The notes under the pieces: model-generated
The model's input: the letters and a program-made list of their open reading frames with translations, nothing else
The model's database searches: none
Told to the model about the DNA's origin: nothing
Shown here: positions 29,447-38,998 of the stretch, in pieces
Layout: the number at the start of each line of letters is the position of its first letter
Numbering within the stretch: the stretch's first letter is position 1
Assembly: GCA_963826115.1 (NCBI GenBank)
Contig: CAWGVS010000006.1
Coordinates: 1,120,001-1,184,000, forward strand
From: an uncultured Candidatus Rokubacteria bacterium
Lineage (GTDB): Bacteria; Methylomirabilota; Methylomirabilia; Rokubacteriales; DASRDR01
Direction of reading: 5' to 3'
Length of the DNA: 64,000 bases
Program-made: the position numbers and the translations under genes

Positions 29447-29561
29447 CACCACGAGGACGCGATGGATCGTCGGTGACCGGGATTCTCCTCCGCCGGCGCT
29501 GCCGGCGGCGGTTCCGGGCGACGGCCACGAGCCCTTCGAACGACCGCAGAGAAAGGTGAGC

Positions 29562-31541
29562 ATGCGAACACTGGGACCGCGCCTGGCTGTCGCGGGACTT
29601 TTCCTGACGTCGATCGTCGCCCTCGGGGCTCGCCCGACGGCGGCGCAGGTGCCGCCCCTGTCGTCACTGACGGTGCCGCGCCCCTCCGGCCTGGCCGACT
29701 TCGTCCGTGACGAGCGCGCCCTCAAGGTCCTCGGCAAGGCGCTGTTCTGGGACATGCAGGTGGGCAGCGACGGCGTGCAGGCGTGCGCGACCTGCCACTT
29801 CCGAGCCGGCGCGGACGCCCGCGCCAAGAACCAGGTGAGCCCGGGCCTGCTTCGAGTCATCTTCCAGCCGGACGAGGACGGCGTGGGCATGGTCGCGGTT
29901 CCGGCCTCCGACCTCACGTTCGGGGGCCAGGGCCCGAACTACACGCTGAGCCATTCGGACTTCCCGTTCCGCCGGCACAACACGCCGAGAAACCGCGACT
30001 CCGGCATCGCCTACGATTCGAACAACGTGGTGTCCTCGCAGGGCGTCCACTACGAGCTCTACGACGCGAGCGGTGCGCCGGCCCCCGACCCCGACGGCTT
30101 CCGCGTCGGCCAGGGGACCCGCGCCGCCAACGTCCGCCGCGTCGAGCCGCGCAACACGCCGACGATGATCAACGCCGTCTTCAACCACCGGAACTTCTGG
30201 GACATGCGCGCCCAGAACCTGTTCAACGGCGTCAACCCGTTCGGCGACCGCGACCCCGACGCGTTCCTCTACAGCGCGACCGCCCCCCTCAACCCGCAGC
30301 GGGTGCAGGTGATCCTCAACAACTCGAGCCTCGCCTCCCAGGCGGTGGGCCCGCCGACGAACCGGTTCGAGATGTCGGCGGACGGGCGGACGTTCCCCGA
30401 CGTGAAGCGCGAGCTGAGTCGCCGCAATCGCGGGATCGCCCGGCGGATCCTGGCCAACCGTCCCCTCCTGCTCCAGCTCGTCGCCCGCGACGACAGCCTG
30501 CTCGGCGCCTACAGCCGCGCGCCGCTCCGCGGCCTGAACGTCACGTACGACGCGCTCATCCGGCAGGCGTTCCGGCCGCGCTGGTGGAGCTCGCCGCGGT
30601 TCATCCAGGTCGCGGCGGACGGCACCACCACGGTCGTCAACCAGCGGGACACGAACCCGGCCACCGACGAGTTCACGCTGACGGAGTACAACTTCTCGCT
30701 CTTCTTCGGCCTGGCGGTCCAGGCCTACGAGTCGACGCTCGTGTCCGACGACACGCCCTTCGACCGGTTCCTCAGGGACGCGGCGGCCAACCCGCTCTCC
30801 CCGGCAGCCGAGCGGGGGCGCCAGGTCTTCTTCAACGTGAACCCCGCGCCGGCCGCGCGCGGCAACTGCGCCTTCTGTCACTCCGGCTCGCTCCTCAGCG
30901 AGGCGTCGGTCGCCACGATTGAGGCGAGCGGGATGACCCGCACCGCGAACGGCGTGGACGGGGTGCCGCAGCTGAGCGACCGCGGCACGCGCAACATCGG
31001 CGTCCGGGAAACGACCGAGGACCCTGGCAACGGTGGCCTCGACCCGTCCGGCCACTCCTTGTCCGTGGCGGTCCGCGACTCGCCGGCGGGCACGGTGGTG
31101 GCCGCCGACGGCACCTTCAAGATCCCGGGGCTCCGCAACGTCGAGCTCACCGCCCCGTACTTCCACAACGGCGGCGAGGCGACGCTACTGGACGTCGTGA
31201 ACTTCTACGCCCGCGGCGGGAACCTGGGCGGGATCAACACGATCGTCACCCGCGACGGGACGCCGATCGTCGGACTCTCGGTCCTGAGCTTCAACGACTC
31301 GGCGGACGCCGACCAGGTGCGCGCCGACCTCGTGGAGTTCCTCAAGTCCCTGACGGACGAGCGGGTCCGGAGCGCCGCCGCGCCGTTCGACCACCCGCAG
31401 ATCTTCGTCCCGAACGGGCACCCGGGCAACACGAGCGCGGTCCTCCAGCGGGACGGACGGGCCGTCGACACGTTCCTCGAGATCCCGGCCACCGGCCAGA
31501 ACGGAGGGCCCGTCCTGCCGGGGTTCCTGGAAGACGACTGA
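29562..31541 (+). CDS. Periplasmic di-heme cytochrome c peroxidase/MauG superfamily protein (extended)
   Basis: Signal peptide; LGKALFWD, CATCH, RNTPTMINAVFN..FWD.RA, CAFCH, FKIPGLRNVELTAPYFHNG, APFDHPQ. Confidence 0.9.
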   Translation: MRTLGPRLAVAGLFLTSIVALGARPTAAQVPPLSSLTVPRPSGLADFVRDERALKVLGKALFWDMQVGSDGVQACATCHFRAGADARAKNQVSPGLLRVIFQPDEDGVGMVAVPASDLTFGGQGPNYTLSHSDFPFRRHNTPRNRDSGIAYDSNNVVSSQGVHYELYDASGAPAPDPDGFRVGQGTRAANVRRVEPRNTPTMINAVFNHRNFWDMRAQNLFNGVNPFGDRDPDAFLYSATAPLNPQRVQVILNNSSLASQAVGPPTNRFEMSADGRTFPDVKRELSRRNRGIARRILANRPLLLQLVARDDSLLGAYSRAPLRGLNVTYDALIRQAFRPRWWSSPRFIQVAADGTTTVVNQRDTNPATDEFTLTEYNFSLFFGLAVQAYESTLVSDDTPFDRFLRDAAANPLSPAAERGRQVFFNVNPAPAARGNCAFCHSGSLLSEASVATIEASGMTRTANGVDGVPQLSDRGTRNIGVRETTEDPGNGGLDPSGHSLSVAVRDSPAGTVVAADGTFKIPGLRNVELTAPYFHNGGEATLLDVVNFYARGGNLGGINTIVTRDGTPIVGLSVLSFNDSADADQVRADLVEFLKSLTDERVRSAAAPFDHPQIFVPNGHPGNTSAVLQRDGRAVDTFLEIPATGQNGGPVLPGFLEDD

Positions 31542-31567
31542 TCGGCCGGTCGCGCGCGGGGACGCCA

Positions 31568-31596
31568 GCGGGCCGCGGCGCGAGGCCGCGGCCCGC
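31568..31596. terminator. GC-rich hairpin between convergent genes (possible bidirectional terminator)
   Basis: Perfect 12-bp stem GCGGGCCGCGGC/GCCGCGGCCCGC with 5-nt loop; no U-tract. Confidence 0.45.
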
Positions 31597-31601
31597 CTCG
31601 C

Positions 31602-32633
31602 TCAGAAGCGGCTGCAGACCTTCCCGAAGTGCTGGCCGGCGGGCAAGGCCTTGATGGCCTCGCCCACCTGCTCGAACTCGAAGAGTCGGTCGTCCACGGG
31701 CGGCACCGTCCCGTGGAGCTCCATGGCGCGGACCATGTCCTCGAAGGTCTCGCGGCTGCCCACCGTGATTCCCTGGAGGCGGATGTCCTGCGTGACCACC
31801 GGTCCGAGGTTGATCTGGGCCGTCGCGCCAGCCAGGACGCCGATCAGCGCCAGCGTGCCGCTCGTCCGCACCGATCGGATCGAGGCGTCGAGAGTGCCGG
31901 CCACCTCGACCACGAGGTCGACGCCCAGGCCCCCCGTGATCTCGCGCGCCACCTTGTGCCAGTCGGGCTTCGTCTTGTAGTTGACGACGTGGTCCGCGCC
32001 CATGGCGCGGACGCGCTCGAGCTTTTCGTCGCTCGAGGAGGTCGCGAGCACCCGCGCGCCGTGCATCTTGGCGAACTGGAGGGCGAACAGGGACACGCCG
32101 CCCGTGCCCTGGACCAGCACGACGTCGCCGGCCTTGACGCCGCCCGCGGTGACGACGGCGTGCCACGCGGTCACGGCGGCGCAGGGCAGGGCCGCCGCCT
32201 GGACCGCGTCGAGGTGGCGCGGCGCGCGGACCACGCCGTCCTGGTCGAGCGCCATGAGCTCCTGCATCACCCCGTCCCGCGGGCCGCCGAGCGTCCCGGC
32301 CCAGTGGGCCTCGCGGAACGGCCCGCTCCACCACGTCTGCGCGAACGTCGGGCACACGAGGTCGCCGACCGCCACGCGAGAAACCCCGTGCCCGACCGCG
32401 ACGACACGTCCGGCGCCGTCCGAGCACGGCACCAGGGGCAGCGCGCCGCCCCGGCGACCGTAGCCCCCGTTCGCCATCACGTAGTCCCGGTAGTTGAGGG
32501 ACGCGGCCTCCATGCGCAGCAGCACCTCGCCCGGCCCGGGCTCGGGCGTCTTCCGCGTGGCGGGCCGGATGTTGTCGGGGGTCCAGGCGTCCTGGATCTG
32601 CATGACCTTCATCGTCGACGGTGTCGTCGGCAT
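31602..32633 (-). CDS. NAD(P)-dependent alcohol dehydrogenase-like (MDR family)
   Basis: AASLNYRD, PCSDGAG, LPCAAVTAWHA, QGTGGVSLFALQFA, HFGKVC. Confidence 0.92.
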   Translation of the reverse strand: MPTTPSTMKVMQIQDAWTPDNIRPATRKTPEPGPGEVLLRMEAASLNYRDYVMANGGYGRRGGALPLVPCSDGAGRVVAVGHGVSRVAVGDLVCPTFAQTWWSGPFREAHWAGTLGGPRDGVMQELMALDQDGVVRAPRHLDAVQAAALPCAAVTAWHAVVTAGGVKAGDVVLVQGTGGVSLFALQFAKMHGARVLATSSSDEKLERVRAMGADHVVNYKTKPDWHKVAREITGGLGVDLVVEVAGTLDASIRSVRTSGTLALIGVLAGATAQINLGPVVTQDIRLQGITVGSRETFEDMVRAMELHGTVPPVDDRLFEFEQVGEAIKALPAGQHFGKVCSRF

Positions 32634-32726
32634 GGGCGCTCCTCCGGCGGGCGGATCGGGGCTCGGGATCGGGATCAAGGCATGCTAGCAGGCCCGCCCG
32701 ACCCGCTCCACCCCGGGTCGGGCCCG

Positions 32727-33623
32727 TCAGCGGCTCAGGATGGCGATGCCCGCGACGGTCAGCGCCGCGCCCGCCGCCGCGCGCCACGTGACGCGCTCGC
32801 CGGCGAGGAACCCGATCGGCAGCGCGAAGAGCGGGGAGGCCGACGAGAGCACGGTGCCCAGCGTGACGCTCGCGTACTTGAGGCCGGCCAGGAAGCTGAC
32901 GGCGCTGAGCGCCGTCAGCGCGCTGAGTGCGAGCACGCGCCGCCCCACGACGCGGCGCTGGGCCCAGAGCCCGCGCGCCGTCCCGCGCGCCCACGGCGTC
33001 GCCCACAGGAGGAGCGTGCTGAGCGGCAGGCGCACCGCCTGGATCGCCAGCGGCTCGATCTCCTGGACCGGGGGCTTCATGAGGGCCGCGCTCACCGCCC
33101 AGGCGAGGGCCGCGACGGCGGCGAGCCGCACCCCGCGGCGGCGGCCCTCGGCCGGCACGGGAGAGTCGGTCCGGCCCTCGCTCACGATGAGGACGAGGCC
33201 GCCGAGCGTCACCAGCGAGCCCACGGCCATGCCGAGCGTGATGCGCTCGCCGAACCACCAGAGCGCCAGCCCGCTCGCGACGATCGGGTACCCCGCCGTG
33301 GAGATCGTCATGGCGCGCGCGAGCCCCAGGAACTTGGTGCTCTCGAAGAACGCGGTGTCCCCGATCCCGAGCGCGGTCAGCACGCTGAGCACCAGGCAGG
33401 CCCAGGCGAGGGGCGTCACGTGGGCGAGGTGCCGGAGGTCGCCGAACGCGAGGGCCAGCGGTACGAGGAGGACGCTCGCGCCGGCCGACCGGATGATGTT
33501 CAGCGAGAGGCTCGGGAACTGCGCCGTGAGGCTGCGCGCGACGAGCGACACGAGCGTCCAGGCCAGCGCGGCCACGAGCGAGGCGGCGATGCCGAATCCC
33601 ACGCCGAGCCCGCTCGCGTCCAC
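32727..33623 (-). CDS. DMT/EamA family transporter
   Basis: About 10 hydrophobic segments in two EamA-like repeats; TAGAGT 8 nt before GTG 33623. Confidence 0.88.
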   Translation of the reverse strand: MDASGLGVGFGIAASLVAALAWTLVSLVARSLTAQFPSLSLNIIRSAGASVLLVPLALAFGDLRHLAHVTPLAWACLVLSVLTALGIGDTAFFESTKFLGLARAMTISTAGYPIVASGLALWWFGERITLGMAVGSLVTLGGLVLIVSEGRTDSPVPAEGRRRGVRLAAVAALAWAVSAALMKPPVQEIEPLAIQAVRLPLSTLLLWATPWARGTARGLWAQRRVVGRRVLALSALTALSAVSFLAGLKYASVTLGTVLSSASPLFALPIGFLAGERVTWRAAAGAALTVAGIAILSR

Positions 33624-33824
33624 GGCGACCGACTCTAGCACGCAGGCGCCCGGCCGCCGGTGAACTGCCGGCGGAACGCGCGCGGCACGCCTCCGCGGTT
33701 GGCGTCAGCGGAGCCGGGGGCGACGCGCCCAGCGCTCGGCCAGTCTCCGGGGCTCCGGGCCGCGGCCGGACTACGCGGCGGCGACGGTCGAGCGGCCGGC
33801 CCTCAGCGCCTGATCCGGGCCGGC

Positions 33825-34757
33825 TCAGTCCTTCCCGACCTCCGCCCGCGCCGCGCGGATCAGCTCGGGGAAGCTGTAGCTCGGGATCGCGCAGCCGGGC
33901 GCGAGGAAGAGCTTCCGCGTCCCGGCCTCCTCGACGGCGGAGCGGACCTGCTCGCGGATCTTGGCGGCCGACGTGTACGGGAAGTTCACGTGGTCGAGGC
34001 CGCCCATCAGGGCCCGCGGCGTGACCTTGCGCATCAGCGTGAGCGGCGGGCCCGAGTCCCGGTCCGCCCACGAGATCGCGTGCACCGGGTAGTCCTGGAG
34101 CCGGTCGAGGAAGAGCTCCCGCCCGTGGGCGTGGAGGATGTGGAACTCGCCGAACGGGCGGATGGCCTCGAGGAACGCGAGGTCGAACGGGCGCATGAAG
34201 CGCTCGTACTGCTCCGCGGTCAGGGACTCCGGCGTCGCCGGCACCGAGAAGAAGATGCCCGACGCGCCGCCGTGGAGGCTCGCGATCGCGTAGCGGACCA
34301 GGTTCTCGTTGACCACCGCGAGCGCGGCCTCGAGCTCCGCCGGGTGCTCCTGCATGAAGGGGCCCATCGCCTCCTTCAGGACGTTGCGCTTCAGCGTGCT
34401 CCACGCGTTGAAGACGGTGTCGACCACGAGCGCCTTGCCCTTGAGCGACTGGCCGATCAGGCGGACCGCCTCGAGCTGCTCCCCCAGCGAGCCCTGCCGC
34501 ACGTCGAAGGCGATGATCCGCTTGAGCTCCTTGGGGTCGCTCAGGGTCTCGATGCTCCGAGGCATCGGGTAGGAGTAGTCGTTCATGATCTTGAGCCAGT
34601 CGAGGTTGTAGGCCTCGAAGAACTCGAGGTGCGTCTGCGCCGTTCGCTCCGCCGGCGCGTGCTGCAGCCCGAAGTGGTACCAGACGCTGAACGGCGGCCG
34701 GTCGACGTCCGCTCCCGACAGGGCCGCCCGGACACGCTCGATCTTCGTCATGCTCAT
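33825..34757 (-). CDS. Uroporphyrinogen decarboxylase (URO-D)-like family protein
   Basis: ERVRAALSGADVDRPPFSVWYHF, PFDL, ILHAHG, LFLAPGC; AGGAGA RBS. Confidence 0.85.
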   Translation of the reverse strand: MSMTKIERVRAALSGADVDRPPFSVWYHFGLQHAPAERTAQTHLEFFEAYNLDWLKIMNDYSYPMPRSIETLSDPKELKRIIAFDVRQGSLGEQLEAVRLIGQSLKGKALVVDTVFNAWSTLKRNVLKEAMGPFMQEHPAELEAALAVVNENLVRYAIASLHGGASGIFFSVPATPESLTAEQYERFMRPFDLAFLEAIRPFGEFHILHAHGRELFLDRLQDYPVHAISWADRDSGPPLTLMRKVTPRALMGGLDHVNFPYTSAAKIREQVRSAVEEAGTRKLFLAPGCAIPSYSFPELIRAARAEVGKD

Positions 34758-34774
34758 CTCGTCTCCTCGCAGGG

Positions 34775-35314
34775 TCAGATGACGTAGAGCCAGGCCCGGG
34801 AGGCGAGGTCCCCCGCCTTCCAGGACCCCGTCTCGCCCAGCCAGCCGGCTGCCTCGTCCCCGTCGCTCGTGCGCGCGACCGCCACCGTGCTCCCGTCCCG
34901 GAGGAACCCGCCGAAGGCGACGCGGCCGGCCCCGCGGAGCTCGACGAGCGCGAGCTGCGCCATGTCGCGGTCCGCCGTGGGGCCCTCGACGACGAGGGCC
35001 GGGCGGGTGCCGTCGAGGACGACCGGCGGCTCCGGGTCCCACGGCTCGACGAACGTCTCGAACTCGTGGGCGACGTACCCGGTCCACGCGCCGACGCGGT
35101 GGTAGGGGTCTTCCTCGATGATGGCGCGGAGCGCGCCGGCGTCCGGCACGCGGTAGAACAGCTCGGCCCGCCGCCCGTCCGGGCTCGGTCCCCCGGCCAC
35201 GAGAGCCCTGGCCGATCGGAGCCGCGCCATGCGCTCGATGTGCGCCTGGCGGACGGGCGCTCGGCGGGCCAGGTAGTCGTCGGCGCAGGCGATTTGGACG
35301 TGGACGACGGTCAT
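34775..35314 (-). CDS. YciI-like protein (tandem dimeric alpha/beta-barrel)
   Basis: YLARRAPVRQAHIER, AGGP, EDPYHRVG, then a second degenerate repeat. Confidence 0.75.
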   Translation of the reverse strand: MTVVHVQIACADDYLARRAPVRQAHIERMARLRSARALVAGGPSPDGRRAELFYRVPDAGALRAIIEEDPYHRVGAWTGYVAHEFETFVEPWDPEPPVVLDGTRPALVVEGPTADRDMAQLALVELRGAGRVAFGGFLRDGSTVAVARTSDGDEAAGWLGETGSWKAGDLASRAWLYVI

Positions 35315-35474
35315 CGGCGCTCCTCGATCCTTCGCGAGCCCGGCGATTCCGGACGTCCGGGAGACGGCGGGCCCGCGCCTCCGCATGATACCCCCGGACG
35401 ACGGGCCGCGGGGGCCCGGGTCCCGGGCCGTCACGGGCCCGCACCGAATCGGCTCCCGCCGACGTCGTATCAGC

Positions 35475-36428
35475 GTGGAGGCCCTGGAGTTCCTCGTCCG
35501 GCACGGCTATCTCGTGCTGTTCCTGGTGGTCCTCGGGGAGCAGCTCGGCCTGCCTCTGGTCGGGGCGCCCGTCCTCCTCGCCGCCGGGGCCCTGGCCGGG
35601 ACCGGCCGGTTCTCGCTCGTCCTGGCGCTCGTGCTGGCGGTCGTCGCGTGCCTCCTGGGCGACCTGGTCTGGTTCGAGCTGGGCCGTCGCCGCGGCTCGT
35701 CGGTCCTGGCATTCCTGTGCCGCGTCGCGCTCGAGCCCGACTCGTGCGTCCGTCGCACGGAGGACGTCTTCTCCCGGTGGGGCGCGCGGGTCCTGCTGAT
35801 CGCGAAGTTCGTCCCCGGGCTCAACACGGTCGCGCCGCCGCTGGCCGGCGTCGTCGGGATCCCGCGCGCGCGGTTCCTCCGCTACGACGCGGGAGGCGCG
35901 GCGGCCTGGGCGGTCGTCTACGTCGGGCTCGGCTACGCGTTCAGCGCCCAGCTCGAGGCCGTGGCGCTCGCCCTGGCGAGCCTGGGCCGCGGCGCCGCGG
36001 TGGTGGTGGGCGTCGCGCTCGCCGGGTACGTCGTCCTCAAGTACGTGCAGCGCCGGCTGTTCATCCGGAGCCTCCGGATCGCGCGGATCGCGCCCGAGGA
36101 GCTCCAGGCGCGGATGACGGGCGGCGAGGTGCTCGTGATCGTCGACCTCCGGACGTCGGAGCACATCGCGAGCGACGGGCTCTGCATCCCCGGCGCGCTC
36201 CAGATGGACCCCGCGGAGCTCGCGCGCCGCCACGGCGAGATCCCCCGGGATCGGGAGATCGTCCTCTACTGCTCCTGACCCTCCGAGGCGACGAGCGCCC
36301 GGGTGGCGCTCCGGCTCAGGCGGGTGGGGGTGACGCGGGTGCGGCCGCTCCTGGGAGGGTTCGACGCCTGGCGCGCCGGCGGGTTCCCGGTCCAGCCCGT
36401 TCTCGGCGCCGAGAACCGCGCGGCCTGA
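35475..36428 (+). CDS. DedA/VTT-rhodanese fusion, probable selenoprotein (TGA 36276-36278 read as Sec)
   Basis: DedA motifs GEQLGLP and AKFVPGL; rhodanese IVDLR, IPGA, IVLYCS-[TGA]-PSEATSARVALRL...VRPLLGGFDAW. The frame stays open to TGA 36426-36428. Confidence 0.82.
36279..36315 (+). promoter_or_regulatory. Bacterial SECIS-like hairpin
   Basis: GAGCGCC (36293-36299), loop CGGGT, GGCGCTC (36305-36311); 21 nt lie between the UGA and the G-containing loop. Confidence 0.65.
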
Positions 36429-36439
36429 CCCGCGGCGGC

Positions 36440-38998
36440 CTACTCGCCGCGGAGGATCGGCAGCGGCTTCCGCCCGAGGAGGCGGAAGGTTCCGGCGAAG
36501 CCGACCCCCACCGCCAGCCCGATCGTCGCCAGGAGCGCCACGGCGACGGGGAGGGGGTCGAGCGCCGGGGGCACGTCGAGGACGAAGCGGAGGACCGCCC
36601 ACGCGGTGAGCGCGCCGGTCGCCGCGCCGCCGATGCCGGCCACGAGCCCGAGGCACCCGTACTCGACGGCGAACGCGCGCGCGACGCGGCCTCGCGTCGC
36701 CCCGATGGTGCGGAGGAGGGCCGACTCGTAGAGCCGCTGCGCGCGGCTCTGGGCGAGCGTCTCCGCCATCACGGTGAAACCGGCCCCCAGGACGAAGAGC
36801 GCGACCAGCCGCACCGCGACCGCGATCCGGTCGACCACCCCGGTGATGCGCTCCAGCACGTCGCGGACGGGGATCGCCGTGACGTTCGCGAAGGCCGCCG
36901 CGACGCGCTCCTGCACGACCTGGTCGGCGCCCGGCGGGACCCGCGCCGTGGCGAGGTACGCCGTCGGCGCTCCGTCGAGCGGCCCCGGCGAGAAGATCAC
37001 GAAGAAGTTCGCGCCGAGCGTCTGCCAGTCCACCTTCCGGAGGCTCAGCACCTCCGCGCGCACCGGCACGCCCTGGACGTCGAACGTGAGGGTGCCGCCG
37101 ACGTCGACGCCGAGCGCGCGCGCGGCCTCCGCCTCGACGGAGATCAACGCGCGCCCCCGGTCGCTCGCGTCCCACCAGCGGCCGCGCGTCAGGACGGTGC
37201 CGGCCGGGGACGCTTCCGCGAAGGTCAGCACGTACTCCCGCGTGACGCGCCAGGCGTCCTCGCGGCCCGCCCAGCGTTCCCGCGCGATCGGCGTCCCGTT
37301 GATCGCGCTCAGGCGGGCGCGCACGACCGGCACCAGCGCCGGCGGGGAAGCGCCGGGGACGGACTCGATCGTCCGGCGAAAGGCGTCCGCCTGGTCGGGC
37401 TGCACGTCCACGAAGAAGAAGGACGGCGCCTCGCGCCGCCGGTCGAGGTCGAGCTGCCGGGTGAGCCCGCGCTCGAGGAGCGCGACGGCGGTGAGGAGCG
37501 TCACGCCGATGCCGAGCGCCACCGTGACCCCGATCGCCTGGTTGCCGGGCCGCGTGAGCGCCCGGAGCCCGTGGCGCCAGGCGATGGAGCGCGGGGAAGC
37601 GACCGATCCGGCGACGCGCCGGAGCGCCCACGCGCCGAGGACCAGAACACCCAGCGCGCCGGCGGCGGCCCCGAGGAAGATGGCGCCGATGCGGAGGGGG
37701 CCGGCCTGCCAGAGCGCCAGGAGCGCGAGCCCCCCGGCGATCACGCCCGCGGTCGTCCACGGCCGGCGCGGGCGCACGGTCCCCGCGTCCACCGGGTGGC
37801 GGAGCAGGATCGCCGGCGGCACCGCGCGCGCGGAGAGGAGCGGCCAGAGGGCGAAGAGTAGCGTCGCCAGGCACCCGGCCAGGAGCCCGGTCAGGACCGC
37901 GGTCGGCGCGGGACGCGCCTCGAGCGCGAAGGGAACGAACGGCTGGAGGAGCGGCCCGAGGAGGAGCTGGGCGGCGGTGCCGAGCGCCGCGCCCGTAAGG
38001 CTCCCGAGAGCGCCGAGCGCGAGCGCTTGGACCACGTACACGGCCGTCAGCGTCCGCCCGCTCGCGCCCAGGCAGCGGAGGATGGCGATGGTGCCCACCT
38101 TCTTCGCGAGGAAGGCGCGGACGGCGGCCGCCACGCCGATCCCGCCGACCAGGAGGCTCGTCACGCCCACCAGGCGCAGGTAGGCGGAGAGCTGGTCGAA
38201 GAAGCGGCGGAGGCCCGGCTGCGCCTCGTCGAAGGTCGCCACCCGCACGGCGGGATCCGCCATCGCCCCGACGAGCGCGGCGCGGGTGGCGCGCGGGTCG
38301 ACGCCGTCGGGGAGGCGGACGAGCGTGCGATGACGCACGCGGCTGCCGAGCTGGACGAGCCCCGTCGTCTCGAGGCTCCGGGCGCTCAGGAGGACGCGCG
38401 GGCCCAGGGTGAAGAGCGACGCCGCGCGGTCCGGCTCCTTCCGGAGGACGCCGGCCACGGTGAAGGTCGCGTCGCCGACGAGGATCGTGTCGCCGGGCGC
38501 GACGCCGAGCCGCCCGAGGACGGCCTCCTCCACCACGACGCCGCCGTCCGCGAGGAGCCGGTCGAGCGGGCGCGCCGGCAGGGTATCCAGCCGGCCGTAG
38601 AGCGGGTAGTCACCGTCCACCGCCTTCAGCTCGACGAGGAGCGTGCGCCCCGATCCGGGGTGCCGCGCCATCCCGACGAGCTCCTTCACCCGCGCCACGG
38701 TCGCGCCGCGGCGCGCGAGGTCCTGGACCGGCCCCTCCGCCGCGGCGTCGAGGGGGCGGGCCGAGCGGAGCTCGACGTCCCCGCCCAGGAGCGCGCGGGC
38801 CTCGCGCCCGAGCGAGCGGTCGATCGACGCCGCCACGCTCAGGACGGCCACGAGCGCGCCGACCCCGAGCGCGATGCACGCGAGGAAGCCCGCGAAGTGG
38901 CGCCAGGCGCCGCGGGTCTCTCGCCAGGCGAGACCGGCGACGAGGCGCCAGGGCAGCGCGGGCGGCGCCGGCGCGCCCGACGAGACCGGTGATCTCAC
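36440..38998 (-). CDS. ybbP: ABC transporter permease, FtsX-like (YbbP type)
   Basis: LAWRE, LLGGDVEL, YPLYGRL, APSFFFVDVQPDQ, SLRKVDW, NFFVIF. Confidence 0.88.
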   Translation of the reverse strand: MRSPVSSGAPAPPALPWRLVAGLAWRETRGAWRHFAGFLACIALGVGALVAVLSVAASIDRSLGREARALLGGDVELRSARPLDAAAEGPVQDLARRGATVARVKELVGMARHPGSGRTLLVELKAVDGDYPLYGRLDTLPARPLDRLLADGGVVVEEAVLGRLGVAPGDTILVGDATFTVAGVLRKEPDRAASLFTLGPRVLLSARSLETTGLVQLGSRVRHRTLVRLPDGVDPRATRAALVGAMADPAVRVATFDEAQPGLRRFFDQLSAYLRLVGVTSLLVGGIGVAAAVRAFLAKKVGTIAILRCLGASGRTLTAVYVVQALALGALGSLTGAALGTAAQLLLGPLLQPFVPFALEARPAPTAVLTGLLAGCLATLLFALWPLLSARAVPPAILLRHPVDAGTVRPRRPWTTAGVIAGGLALLALWQAGPLRIGAIFLGAAAGALGVLVLGAWALRRVAGSVASPRSIAWRHGLRALTRPGNQAIGVTVALGIGVTLLTAVALLERGLTRQLDLDRRREAPSFFFVDVQPDQADAFRRTIESVPGASPPALVPVVRARLSAINGTPIARERWAGREDAWRVTREYVLTFAEASPAGTVLTRGRWWDASDRGRALISVEAEAARALGVDVGGTLTFDVQGVPVRAEVLSLRKVDWQTLGANFFVIFSPGPLDGAPTAYLATARVPPGADQVVQERVAAAFANVTAIPVRDVLERITGVVDRIAVAVRLVALFVLGAGFTVMAETLAQSRAQRLYESALLRTIGATRGRVARAFAVEYGCLGLVAGIGGAATGALTAWAVLRFVLDVPPALDPLPVAVALLATIGLAVGVGFAGTFRLLGRKPLPILRGE

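Noticed and set aside
33825-37874. 1349-aa ORF ending in a URO-D-like domain
   Set aside because: Only 33825-34757 is coding (RBS plus MSMTK); the rest overlaps other genes.
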